64,000 nucleotides of DNA, from NCBI GenBank assembly GCA_951406725.2, contig OX597826.1, forward strand, positions 52,080,001 to 52,144,000, read 5' to 3'. A model generated the notes under the pieces. The model searched no databases and was not told the DNA's origin. It saw only the letters and a list, made by a program, of their open reading frames with translations. The stretch comes from Octopus vulgaris (lineage: Eukaryota). The position numbers and the translations under genes are program-made. Shown piece after piece: positions 13,823 to 27,126 of this stretch (the first letter of the stretch is position 1; the number at the start of each line of letters is the position of its first letter).

Positions 13823-14900
13823 TATCAAGCTGAGTAAAAAGTAAGCAACGTTTTGAAACCTGAAATTCATCACAATATATTTCAACAATTCGGAAATTTT
13901 ATCCATCAAAATAAGTACCGTTACAATCAACACAGTTTTGCCAACGAGTTACAAGTTTGTTTATTCCGGTAACATAAAAATCTGGAGTTCTGGAGCTGAT
14001 GAACGTTTTGAACGCACTTTCAGCATCGGGTTAATTTTTGAACACTTTCTCTTACAAGAAACCATCAAGGCGCTTTAAAAAATGGTAGTCGGTAGGAGAA
14101 ATGCCTGGGGAATAAGCTGGGTGGTGAAGAATTTCGAAGCCAAGTTCCCTCAAATTCTGGAATGTCATTAGAGAAACGTGTGGTCGAGCATTGTCATGAA
14201 GAATTGATTGGCCCTCTTCTGTTGACCATTCGGGGACGAAGGAGTAGCAGTTTTTCGTTCATTTTGGTAATTTCATGGCAATATGTTTCTGCAGTAATGG
14301 TTTTTCTGAGTTTTAAGAAGTTATAGTCCAGCAGTACACCACCAAACAGTCACCATAACCTTCTTTGTGAAGAGCTCGGGTTTAGGGATGGTTTTCGGTG
14401 CTTCATTTTGGTCCAACCAATGCGAAGAACGTTTTTTTTATTGTACAGAATTCACTTTTCATTGCAAGTTACAATACAGTCGATAAATGGATCGGTCTGG
14501 TTATGAAGAAAAAGCGACGAGTAAATTTCATATCTGTGCATTTTCTGATTTTTATTCAAATCGTGTCGTACACATTTGTCGAGCATTTTGATTTTACGAT
14601 CGCATGCAAATGGTTGCAGGCAGTTTTCTGGCTACTTTGAAGTTCTTTTGCCAGTTCTCGAGTGGTTTTATGTGGTTCTTTCTCAATGACGGTCTTTAAT
14701 TGACCGTCATCGATAACAGATGTCCGTCCACTACGCTCACGATCTTCAAGGCTTAGGTCTTCACTGCGAAATCGTTTAAACCATTTTCGAGCTGACCACT
14801 CACTGGTCATTTCCTCACCAAACGTTTCATTGATATCAGCTGCTCAAAACTCTGCAAAAGTCCTGCACAAATTTTTCATGGTTCAAAATTTTGCTTACGT
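13823..14900 (-). mobile_element. Decayed mariner (Tc1/mariner) DNA transposon
   Basis: HTH WFKRFRSEDLSLEDRERSGR; HDNARPH (~14180-14198); HPAYSPGISPTDYHF (~14080-14125); C-terminus LVTRWQNCVDCNGTYFD; TIR-like TATCAAGCTGAGTAAAAAGTAAGC at 13823. Confidence 0.88.
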
Positions 14901-15592
14901 TAGACCAGAAATTTCAGTAAATGCAGACACTTTGGAAAGTTACTTCTAACTTACAAGAATAACCACAATCATTGGACTGATCCAGTACAACAATCACAAG
15001 AGCTTTCTCATTCAAATAATTCTTTATTTCTTTAGGGTCTCTAATCTAAGCTTTCGTTTATATTTTACTGATTTTTAACGTTACACTTCACAATTAATGT
15101 ATTACCACAAATCAGGTTACTAAGTATCTTGATAGTTTAACTTATCTCTCCCACATTTGTGAGACTGTGTCACGCTATGCGTGTACATAAATACATACAA
15201 TCATACATTCATAAATACACACACGCACACACATGTATAGATACATATAGACATACAAACATACACACAGTTATCAAATATGTAATTATTTCAACATGGT
15301 TCTACACAGCCCTAAAGAAGTGACTGCATATTTAAAATCAAATATATATATGAGTATATATGTGTGTGAGTGTGTGTGTATGTATGTGTGCTGTATGAAT
15401 GTGTGTATGTGCATGAATGCATGTATATTAGTTATTAGGTTCATAATAATCCTGGATACAATGACAAACCTAAATCAAATTCCCCTTTGGTGTTTTACAA
15501 GAAAAAAACTGCAACAAACATCAGCATTTACAAAGCATGCACATGCATGTGCAAACACTTGTGCACAAAGCAGAGATAAAAAAAATAAACAA

Positions 15593-15640
<48 letters not shown>

Positions 15641-16479
15641 GAGAGAAAGAGACATTGGTAGAGGTAAACACTGGTGAGATAGAAAATGAACATCTTAAAG
15701 CAAATGCTCTGTGTGTGTGTGTGTTTGAGTGTGTGTCTGTGTTTGTGTGTGTGCGTGTGTGTGTGTGTGTGTGTGTGGGTGTGTGTGCGTTTGTAAACGT
15801 GGAAATGTATGCATGCTCAACTGAATCCAGCATAGCAAGCAGAAAGTATAATCTAGAGATAAGTAGGTTGGTGTATAAGACAGATTAAAACATTTATTTT
15901 TGTTGTGAAAATCTATGAATAGTTGAAATCAGAATTGTAAGTCACTAAAGTAACAGTTTATATGTAAAAGCTTTTAATTTCTTCAATTGCTTGATGCTTA
16001 CAAAAAAATGACAGAAGAAACTGTAAACAAAATGAAATGCAAGGAAATTATTTTTATCTCTCTCTCTATTTGAGTATAGATCTAGCTAAATACATCCAAT
16101 GTATCTTAAATGAGGATATCTATATAACTATCTGATTCTATGACAGAATGTCTGTCTGTCTATCTCACAATATGTATGTCTCTCAACTCATCAATCTATA
16201 CACACACACACACAAACACATGCACACAAAGACATGCAAACACACACACTCAAACATATGAATGCACCTGCGGTTGGCTTCATGTGGGAATGCATGAATA
16301 AATGCATGTGGGTGCAACTGTATGTTTCTTTGTATTTCCACATCTGTATTTCCACATGTACAGATAAATGTGAATATGTGTGTGTTGAGTGTGTGTGTGT
16401 GTGTGTGTGTAACATTTATGGAATAAAATAAATAGAAGTCAAAACATGAGTATATACACACACCCTCACACACACGTGC

Positions 16480-16496
16480 ATATGTGTGGTATATAA

Positions 16497-16535
<39 letters not shown>

Positions 16536-16831
16536 TGCATACATATATATATATATATATACATATATGCATACATATATGCATATATATATATGTATAT
16601 ATAAACATATATATGTAAATATATACATATATATATAAATATATACATAGATATGCATATATATATATATATATAAAATTATATATATAAATATATATAA
16701 ATGCATATATATGTGTATATATGTGTATATATATATATATGTGTGTATGTATATATACATATTTGGATATATGTGTGTGTGTTTATATATATATATGTTT
16801 ATGTATATATATGTGTATATATGTATATATG

Positions 16832-16925
<94 letters not shown>
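16480..16925. repeat. Long degenerate (TA)/(CA) low-complexity tract
   Basis: Direct reading. Confidence 0.95.
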
Positions 16926-16929
16926 AATC

Positions 16930-17225
16930 AAGGCACATGGTTTAGTAAGAGTGTTGCACTCACGATTGTGAGATCGTGGGTTGGATTCCCAGTCCGGGTG
17001 TTGCATTGTGTTCTTGAGTAAAGCACCTCATTTCACATTGTTCTGTGATCATGTTGACATCTGATATGTGGCACCCAGTTCCACCTGTACAGGTAATGTC
17101 GATTTGATGGAGGGAGTGAGCTTATGTCTACACAAACATTTGATCACTATAAACAACTCAAATGTGTGGTTGTTAGGTGAGGAACTGTTGAACCCTCATA
17201 TGTCATCTAATGATGGGAGAGTCCA
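16930..17225 (+). mobile_element. tRNA-derived SINE (related head in reverse at ~39850-39958)
   Basis: GGCACATGGTTTAGT...GGGTTGGATTCCC...TTGTGTTCTTGAGTAAAGCAC.TCATTTCAC. Confidence 0.6.
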
Positions 17226-17400
17226 TTATATATTTATATATGTATATATGTTATTTAATATTATGTCATGCTATATGATATTCATAATGTTAAATGTAAT
17301 ATTGTAATATAAATAAATCATTGGATTGTCAATAGTACATCTCTATCTTTAATTTATCTTTATATATATATGTGTGCATGTGTATATATATATATGTATT

Positions 17401-17455
<55 letters not shown>

Positions 17456-18242
17456 ATATATGTATTTGATTATATATATATGTGTATGTATATATATATA
17501 TGTGTGTGTGTGTGTAGAAGTTTGATAAGTGCCATGTACAAACTTTTTGTCCTTGAGTTACTTTTGTAACTTTCTTTTGATTAATATACATTTATATACA
17601 CACATATTTATATACGTATGTAAAAGACTCTATGTATGTGTGTGTATGTATGCATGTATGTATGTATATATATATGTATGCATGTATGTATATGCATAAA
17701 TTTATTTATGAATTTATATACATTTATACGTGTGTGAATATGTGTATATATATATGTGTGTGTGTGTGAGTGTGTGTGTATGTGTGTGTGTGTGTGTGCT
17801 TGCATGTATGCATTTATTGTTTTGTATAGGAATTACCATTATGTGTTGTGTGACCTAAATTCATAGCCCTTGTGTCACAAAAACATTTTCCATGTAAAAA
17901 ACATTTAAAAAACCAAAATGAAAGCAAAACAAAACAAACAAAACAAACAAAACTCTCTATCAATTACTTATGGTGCAGAATGTTATCTATTATGCTATGC
18001 TTAATCGATAATGTCTTCAGAAATTTATACAAGTCAAAATGTACTTTAAAGATGAGTTATAATTAAAATACATAGATAACATTATATATCTGATTTAATT
18101 TCCAAAGTATACACAGAGGTATATTCTTTTCTTGCATGCATATTAAATGGATCTTTAAAATGATAGATATTGTTCCTTTTATTTAATCTAGTTAATTTTC
18201 TGTTATCTCCTGCCCTTCTTCCACACCCTATGTATGTTATAC

Positions 18243-18279
<37 letters not shown>

Positions 18280-18814
18280 CAGACAACAGGCAGGCTATCC
18301 TTTGTAACTCATTGAAATAGAATGTACTTTTTGTTTAATTTACTTTTTAGTTTTTTCAAAAGTAATTTTATAAAAATATGTTTACACACATTCTCTAATT
18401 GTGGAGCGAATGTGTGGAAGGAGAAAACCCAGGAAGACTTAGGATGAAGTGATGAGAATTGATCTTCAGATGTTGGGCCTTACAGAGGGAATGACAAGGG
18501 ATTGAGACTTCTGGTGGTTTGCTGAGCTTTGGAAGACATGCCAAGCTAGGTAAAATCATGGTTGTCCGTGCATACAAGCATATCCCCTGCAACCCCTCTC
18601 CAAGCACAGCAATCCTGACCGTGTGAGCTAATGGGTGCTGATACCATGTAAAGAGCACCCATGATAGTGTCACATAAAAACACCCATGCTGGTGCTGCAT
18701 AGTGGCACTCAGTACACCCTGTAGAATGGTTGGCATTAAGAATGGTATCCAACCATAGAAACCATGCCAAAATAGACATGGAGCTGAAGCATCTCTTCAG
18801 TTGGCTGGCTCAGT

Positions 18815-18873
18815 TGGTGATGGAGGTGGTGGTGGTGAGGATGATGGTGATGATGATAATGATGATGATGATA

Positions 18874-18905
<32 letters not shown>

Positions 18906-19054
18906 ATTGATGATGCTGATGATGTTGATGATGCTGATGATGTTGCTAATGATGATGATGTTGATGATGCTGCTGATGATAATGATGGTGATGATGATGA
19001 TGGTGATGATGATGATAATGGTGATGATGGTGATGATGATGGTGATGTTGATAG

Positions 19055-19085
<31 letters not shown>

Positions 19086-19092
19086 GATGATA
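18815..19092. repeat. Degenerate (GAT)n microsatellite grown from an RTE-type tail
   Basis: Direct reading; preceded by tail-family sequence. Confidence 0.9.
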
Positions 19093-19239
19093 CATATTTC
19101 CTTGACATGGCAGCATGCAATGGTATGGATTATTCCGTTCTGCAGAATAAGCTCTGTTGTCTGACCAAGATCGGTTGCTTTCTTAAAAGGAATATTTTCC
19201 ATAACCTACTGAATGGTGGAGACTTCATATCTTTTATCT

Positions 19240-19623
19240 TTTACTTGTTCCAGTCATTAGACTGCAGCTATGCTGAGGCACCACCTTGAAGAATTTCTAA
19301 CTGGATGTGTTGATCCCAGTACTTATTCAGTTAGGGGTTGGTGCTTATTATATCAGTCTCATTTGCTGAACAGCTAAGTTACAGGAACATAAACACACCA
19401 GCACCAATTGTCAGTGGTAGTGGTGGTGGACAAACATAGACACAAAGACACGCACACACATACACATACACATATATGATGGGCTTCTTTCAGTTTCCAT
19501 CTACCAAATCCAGTCACAAGGCTTTGGTCTGTCTCAGGCCATAGTAGAAGACATGCAGTGAGACTGAACCTTGAACCATGTGGTTGAGAAGCAAGCTTCT
19601 TACCACACTGCCATGCTCATGCC
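19240..19623 (-). mobile_element. SINE family A, older copy (further partial copies at ~20318-20540, 42150-42345, 45481-45580, 50495-50805, 52690-53072)
   Basis: Shared blocks TTACTTGTTTCAGTCA, GTACTTATTCTAT, CTACCAAATCCACTCACAAGGC, GAACCATGTGG. Confidence 0.75.
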
Positions 19624-20685
19624 TATATTTCAAATTTGAAGATTTTGTCGTACATACATATTTATGTTATATGTATGTGTTTATATGTAAGGGCATGTGT
19701 GTATGTATGTACATATATGTATGGATGTGTATATATATATATATGAGTTTGTGTGTGTTTTTGAGAGGTTGTGTATATATGTGCATGTGTATATGTATGC
19801 TTGTACATATGGGTGTGCATAAATATATGTATGAATATATATATGTGTGCATGTATGTGTTTTTATATATGTATGTCATTTTGAACTCTTTCAAGTCTTG
19901 CTATGAAGCAGCTGGCTTCAAAGAAACAAAGTGTTACCATTGGAATTTAGAAAGAAATAGCAGCAAAAATTTACATATTGAATTTTAGAATAGTCTTGCA
20001 TAGTTCAGTGTGTGTGTGTGTGTGTGTTTGCATATTGTATGTGTAGTGTATGGTATATCATAAATAACTTGTTTTCTAAACATTTGGAACTTTGACTCAC
20101 ATTTTGAAAATGGTTTTTTTCATGCAGTGTATCTTTAGCAATGAATTGTGATGGAATTCTTCTACATTCAACGTGAATTCCATGAACAGATTTGAACACA
20201 GTACTGCAAAATAACAGAAAACTGTCAATTATGAAATGCTGTTGCAGCTTCCCTCCACAATTAGGATATTCACATCAGCGTACTCACATCTGGGTACCCA
20301 AAGCATATTACACACATCACTCTTTTACTTGTTTCAGTCATTTGACTGTGGCCATGCTGGAGCACTGCCTATATTCGAGCAAATCGACCTTAGGAATTAT
20401 TATTTGTGAGCCTAGTACTTATTCTAGCAGATCTCTTTTGCCAAACCGCTAAGTTATGGGGACGTAAACACACCATCATCAAGCGATGTTTGGAGGACAA
20501 ACACAGACATACAAACATATACACACACATACATACATATATACATGTGTATATCTAGGGCTAAAAACCACTGTGTGAACAGTCATATGCTAGAAGTAGA
20601 TCACATACGATCAAACTACAAAGAAAAAATGTTCTCCAGAGAAAATTCAATGAACACCAGAACATAGGCGGGCAAGACAGATGAA

Positions 20686-20809
20686 AATTATATAAAAATC
20701 AAGAATTAATCGTATTCTGGTTTCGTCTATCACTGAATAAATTACTTACGTAATTTATTCGGTGATAGACAAAACCGGTATACAATTAATTCTTGATTTT
20801 TATATAATT
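20686..20809. repeat. 124-bp near-perfect palindrome (hairpin/MITE-like)
   Basis: 60-bp arms with about 5 non-Watson-Crick positions around a 4-nt loop (TTAC). Confidence 0.85.
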
Positions 20810-22166
20810 GACTGGCTTCCGTACCGGTGGTACGTAAAAAGCACCAACCGATCATGGCCGTTGCCAGCCTTCCCTGGCACCTGTGCTGGTGGCACATAAA
20901 AAGCACCCACTACACTCACGGAGTGGTTGGTGTTTGGAAAGGCATTCAGCTGTATATTTTATCTATATTATTCAGTATTCTCATCTGTGTTGGAAGTTAC
21001 ATGTTTTGTTTTCAAACAAACTCATCTCTGGTGATAAGTTAACCTTTAACTCAGCTGTATTACTATTATAGTACAACTGTTATAAATTATATTTAAATCA
21101 ATTTTATTTATCATATAGTAGTACAGAGGTTCAGTGGGCATATGGAGGGTTGACTTGGCTGATAAAATCCTTCAAGTTTATGCCCCAGCATGACCACAGT
21201 CCAGTGACTGAAACAAATAAAAAGAAAATGCTAGCTGTCTATATTTGAAAGTAGCTTGTTGATCTCAGCCCATATCTGGCCCCTGTTTTATGTTCAAACT
21301 GACCAGATCTCTCTTCTCACACCTACCCGACAAAGTCATTCTAATAATATACAATCACATCATTGACATTTCAAAGCTACAAGATAATGCATGATTAATT
21401 TAACACAATGTGAATAAATAAGCTTTACATTTGACAGAGTAACCTGAATGCTAAAGGATTAAGACTTAAACTATATGAACCTGAGTTTACAGATGGTAAG
21501 ATGCTTGTGGAGAATATATCCTTGCTACAGTGAATCAGTGAAATAAATAGAAGCTTCCTTATTGGATCAAGCATGGTTTTTTTGTTGGTTTCATGTTGGT
21601 TCCAGCCAATTAGTATTTATTTACTTGCTTTAATAATTTCTGTCAATAGCCTCTATAATTGTGTATTATTTGATGCTCAGCATTTCATGAAAATCATTAC
21701 ATCAGTTAACTTACACAAAAATAACACAACCACATTCAGATTATTTACTCACCTCAATACCAAAATCTTTTATATGTTATCTTTCTAATCATTTCACTAG
21801 TTAAAACTCATAACCAATACAGACTTTGAACTTATGTAAAATGATAACAATATTGGTGCCAGGTCAACAGTTATCCATCACATTATTTGAACTTTGAGTT
21901 ATCACTGTCATATCTCTAATCAAATCAAACCAATTTAATACAAAATTACCATCATTGCTTCTCCTTACCAAAAATATCAAATGCTGCTTGTATTCTTAAC
22001 TTTCTTCCCAACACTTTCAACTTCCGTTATTATCAGTCATATTGACCTTGCATTCATTTTCCTATCCTCTTATTGCTTTTATCAGACAGCCATTATCTCA
22101 CTTGATTACATTCTATTGATCTGCAACTCAGCAATATTCCAATCATTTCCCATCACTCTCTCTCTC

Positions 22167-22228
<62 letters not shown>

Positions 22229-22390
22229 GTCTATTCTTTTAATGCACATCAAAAGGTAAAAATGAAGAATGTCTATTCTTTAATTTGCTGTCTCCAAAAA
22301 TTCTTCAGCTTCTGTTGTTCCTCTTTTTCTTGGAATAATTTTTTAAAATCTTATTCAAAAGCATTTTTTATTTTTTGCTTCTTAGATGTG

Positions 22391-22457
<67 letters not shown>

Positions 22458-22547
22458 ATAAAACGGTAAGATAACAAAAGAAAGAAAGAGACCTCAATAT
22501 TATGTAAATAGAGGAAATTTATCTATACAATATGTTACATTACTCGG

Positions 22548-22621
22548 TAGTCAAGATAAAACTCTGAGTTTCAGATGCCGAAGTGGAAATCCACAACACC
22601 ATCTCTTCGGTTATCTGGCTA
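22548..22621 (-). ncRNA. Hammerhead-ribozyme-like motif (copy 1)
   Basis: Identical to 25138-25211. Confidence 0.65.
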
Positions 22622-22812
22622 TTTGAAAACGTTATGAAAAAATACCGTTAAAAATGAAGGGAAATTACTCTGTTATAACTCTGCTTTGCCTGCGTACTTA
22701 TACATCGCTCGCATTTTTCGTCATAAAAATTATATAAAAATACATAAAAAAATATATAAAAATATATAAAAATATATAAAATCTTCTTGGGACATAACAC
22801 AGAAAGCATGTT

Positions 22813-24938
22813 CTATCCGTTTTCTTTAGGGGACCAAAAACGTAACAGAAATTTAGTCACATGTGGGCATGATCCGAAAAGTTCTGTCCTTGTATTTAGA
22901 CATGTGGTAGGGTCTAAGCTGCTTTTCCAGATAAGCCATCTCTCCATGTCGCATAAACCGCACCTTCCGCTGCCGTTAGTATAGGGCTTACATCTGGCCA
23001 AAATCTTCCATTGTATGTTATAATCGACACCTTTATCTCTTAAAGACCAAATATGATTGGATAATTGTGTCGCTTTTCTTTTGTTCCAGTGCCTAAAGCT
23101 CAAAGTGTGGTTATTGAACCTGGCCTTGAAATTACCCTCTGTCAGGCCCACGTATTTCTTCGTCAAAACGGTGTCTTTAGTGGTTATAGAGTTTACGGTA
23201 GCCTCATATATGATGGTCTTGGACATGCAAGCTCCATTTAGCGGGCACAATTCTTTATTCCTGCATGAACAGCTGTTTTCTTCTTGTGTTTTTTGTATGT
23301 TATGATTGATTATGTTTTTAAAATTGGTAGTTGAACTAAAACTAATTTTTAAATTGTGTCTATTGAAGAGTTTCCTATAAGCATGGTTAACTGGAAAATG
23401 TCTATCTATCAGTGCTAGGAAATATTTACCTATATTGAAGGCCACCTCGGGTGAGTAAGGGGGCGTAAACCAGATGACCTTCCTATTTCTATTATTCCTT
23501 TTCCTTATTGTTGGGCTGGTGATAGGTGTATATTTTATTTTTTCGCTAAAACCACTATCTTTTAAAGCTTTATTATAAACTGGGGCAACGCTATTGAAGA
23601 TGTCCTCATTAGATGAGAGGCTAGAAATCCTCTTACTAATATTTTTAACTAAATTTTTGAATACTATAGGGGGATGGCATGAACCTACATTAATATAACT
23701 TAGTCTATCATTGGGCTTCCTATAAGGCTTATAAATATTATTATTAAGATCTAAGGAAACGTCTAAGAAATTGACAACCGTCAGGTTAGTGTCTATAGTT
23801 ATACTAAGTCCGAAGTGTTTCATTAACTGGATAATATCCTTCCTAAAACGATCTTGTGCTGGTCCATTTGTATTAGCTGTTAAGGCGAGGGCATCATCTT
23901 TGTAGATGGCGAAATGTACGTTAGGGAATGTCTTACTGAAGGTATCTAGGAGAAAGAGTCCAATTAGATCACAGATGCCTGCCCCATCATATGAACCCAT
24001 GCTCACATCGAAAGCGCCCTCCGTGTCGGTGTTTTTTACCCACTTTGCATTCTCACTGAAAAGTAATGTCTTTCTAGCATGGAAGATTATATCCTTATCA
24101 TTGGTACTAATTTCTATGAAGTCACTAGCGAAGATTAGGGCTTTATCTAGCAGTTCTTTAGAGATAGAGGCATAAAAATCAACAATATCGAATTGTGTAA
24201 ACCTCGCTTTTTTCTTATTCTTAATAGCTTTAAACCAGTCTACGACTTCTATACTATTGGACCATTGCACTAGCCTAGTATCGGTCTTAATTTTCGTATT
24301 TATTTTATCTAAAATTTCTTTGCTAATAATCCCTAGTTCTGACTTGGCTGGGTTGATAAGCCTACATTTAGGATTGGAAAGGAAGTTTTCTTTGTGGTCT
24401 TTAATAGTAATAAAGGCCTCTTTTTGGGGGAGGGTTTCTATTTTTTTATCTAATTTAAGTTTAGCGGCGATGACGCTAGCTTCTTTATTAATTTCGTTAT
24501 ATGTCTGTGCCCTAGCCTTAGTATAATTATTAATGATGCTGTTGTGTAAGAGTTGTGTGTATTTGCTGTTATCTACCAGGTATAAGTTCTTGGTTTTATC
24601 CGAAAAAAGTGCTTTTTTCTTGGAGCTTTTTATATGATCAATATCTTTCTTCAATTTATGTTGGAAATTGTTAAAAGACTTACGAAACTTTATTTTGCTC
24701 ATGATCTTCAGCAGGTCCGCTTCGAAATCTTCCAAGCCTTTAATCCTAGGAGGGAATTTTTGGATTTTATCCGATAGCAAATGTTTTCCTTGGTGTTCGC
24801 TTCTGTGTCAAAAAAGAAAGCCTTCCATCTCATACGCTTAATTACATCAGTAATTTTTTGCAGAAGTTTCTTAGAGTAAAAATCCTTTGATGGGATCGGT
24901 ATATTTTTCATAGAATAATCTATGTGATATGCGTCCAT
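22813..24938 (-). CDS. PLE reverse transcriptase + Cys-rich linker + C-terminal GIY-YIG endonuclease, split by a single 1-nt frameshift (about 708 aa if repaired)
   Basis: ORF 24708-24938 (MDAYHIDYSMKNIPIPSK...IKRMRWKAFFF) overlaps ORF 22813-24780. Motifs: RT FDIVDFYASI, MGSYDGA, IYKDD, VNFLDVSLDL; linker CSCRNKELCPLNGAC; GIY-YIG IIYEATV...KYVGLTE..FKARFNNH; C-terminal CGLC...CPH. Adding one A to the A5 run (T-run 24757-24761) joins the frames as ...IKSKKFPPRIK... Confidence 0.88.
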
Positions 24939-25042
24939 ATTAGATTCTTTTGTTTGTGAGAGTCCTCAACCGATGTTAGGCGATAATCCCAAAAAGGTCG
25001 TATTAGCTCTTAGTTGAGAATAACGTCGTCCGGGAGGTGATT

Positions 25043-27124
25043 TATTGATAAAACGGTAAGATAACAAAAGAAAGAAAGAGACCTCAATATTATGTAAATA
25101 GAGGAAATTTATCTATACAATATGTTACATTACTCGGTAGTCAAGATAAAACTCTGAGTTTCAGATGCCGAAGTGGAAATCCACAACACCATCTCTTCGG
25201 TTATCTGGCTATTTGAAAACGTTATGAAAAAATACCGTTAAAAATGAAGGGAAATTACTCTGTTATAACTCTGCTTTGCCTGCGTACTTATACATCGCTC
25301 GCATTTTTCGTCATAAAAATTATATAAAAATACATAAAAAAATATATAAAAATATATAAAAATATATAAAATCTTCTTGGGACATAACACAGAAAGCATG
25401 TTCTATCCGTTTTCTTTAGGGGACCAAAAACGCAACAGAAATTTAGTCACATGTGGGCATGATCCGAAAAGTTCTGTCCTTGTATTTAGACATGTGGTAG
25501 GGTCTAAGCTGCTTTTCCAGATAAGCCATCTCTCCATGTCGCATAAACCGCACCTTCCGCTGCCGTTAGTATAGGGCTTACATCTGGCCAAAATCTTCCA
25601 TTGTATGTTATAATCGACACCTTTATCTCTTAAAGACCAAATATGATTGGATAATTGTGTCGCTTTTCTTTTGTTCCAGTGCCTAAAGCTCAAAGTGTGG
25701 TTATTGAACCTGGCCTTGAAATTACCCTCTGTCAGGCCCACGTATTTCTTCGTCAAAACGGTGTCTTTAGTGGTTATAGAGTTTACGGTAGCCTCATATA
25801 TGATGGTCTTGGACATGCAAGCTCCATTTAGCGGGCACAATTCTTTATTCCTGCATGAACAGCTGTTTTCTTCTTGTGTTTTTTGTATGTTATGATTGAT
25901 TATGTTTTTAAAATTGGTAGTTGAACTAAAACTAATTTTTAAATTGTGTCTATTGAAGAGTTTCCTATAAGCATGGTTAACTGGAAAATGTCTATCTATC
26001 AGTGCTAGGAAATATTTACCTATATTGAAGGCCACCTCGGGTGAGTAAGGGGGCGTAAACCAGATGACCTTCCTATTTCTATTATTCCTTTTCCTTATTG
26101 TTGGGCTGGTGATAGGTGTATATTTTATTTTTTCGCTAAAACCACTATCTTTTAAAGCTTTATTATAAACTGGGGCAACGCTATTGAAGATGTCCTCATT
26201 AGATGAGAGGCTAGAAATCCTCTTACTAATATTTTTAACTAAATTTTTGAATACTATAGGGGGATGGCATGAACCTACATTAATATAACTTAGTCTATCA
26301 TTGGGCTTCCTATAAGGCTTATAAATATTATTATTAAGATCTAAGGAAACGTCTAAGAAATTGACAACCGTCAGGTTAGTGTCTATAGTTATACTAAGTC
26401 CGAAGTGTTTCATTAACTGGATAATATCCTTCCTAAAACGATCTTGTGCTGGTCCATTTGTATTAGCTGTTAAGGCGAGGGCATCATCTTTGTAGATGGC
26501 GAAATGTACGTTAGGGAATGTCTTACTGAAGGTATCTAGGAGAAAGAGTCCAATTAGATCACAGATGCCTGCCCCATCATATGAACCCATGCTCACATCG
26601 AAAGCGCCCTCCGTGTCGGTGTTTTTTACCCACTTTGCATTCTCACTGAAAAGTAATGTCTTTCTAGCATGGAAGATTATATCCTTATCATTGGTACTAA
26701 TTTCTATGAAGTCACTAGCGAAGATTAGGGCTTTATCTAGCAGTTCTTTAGAGATAGAGGCATAAAAATCAACAATATCGAATTGTGTAAACCTCGCTTT
26801 TTTCTTATTCTTAATAGCTTTAAACCAGTCTACGACTTCTATACTATTGGACCATTGCACTAGCCTAGTATCGGTCTTAATTTTCGTATTTATTTTATCT
26901 AAAATTTCTTTGCTAATAATCCCTAGTTCTGACTTGGCTGGGTTGATAAGCCTACATTTAGGATTGGAAAGGAAGTTTTCTTTGTGGTCTTTAATAGTAA
27001 TAAAGGCCTCTTTTTGGGGGAGGGTTTCTATTTTTTTATCTAATTTAAGTTTAGCGGCGATGACGCTAGCTTCTTTATTAATTTCGTTATATGTCTGTGC
27101 CCTAGCCTTAGTATAATTATTAAT
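25043..27124 (-). mobile_element. 5'-truncated tandem PLE copy 2 (long pseudo-LTR upstream of copy 1)
   Basis: Matches 22453-24534; the only difference I found is C at 25433 vs T at 22843 (synonymous TTG/TTA). Breaks off after ...GTATAATTATTAAT. Confidence 0.9.
25138..25211 (-). ncRNA. Hammerhead-ribozyme-like motif (copy 2)
   Basis: Exact reverse complement of 28841-28914. Confidence 0.65.
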
Positions 27125-27126
27125 TA

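Larger units (their letters stand above)
22453..25042 (-). mobile_element. Complete 2590-bp PLE unit (copy 1)
   Basis: Runs from TATTGATAAAACGG at 22453 to the next occurrence of that string at 25043. Contains a ~104-bp leader, the N-terminal ORF, the RT-EN ORF and an AT-rich 3' UTR with the hammerhead-like motif. Confidence 0.9.

Noticed and set aside
22395-22454. Target-site duplication of the PLE insertion
   Set aside because: Both flanks are pure (TA)n, so a TSD cannot be distinguished from the pre-existing microsatellite.
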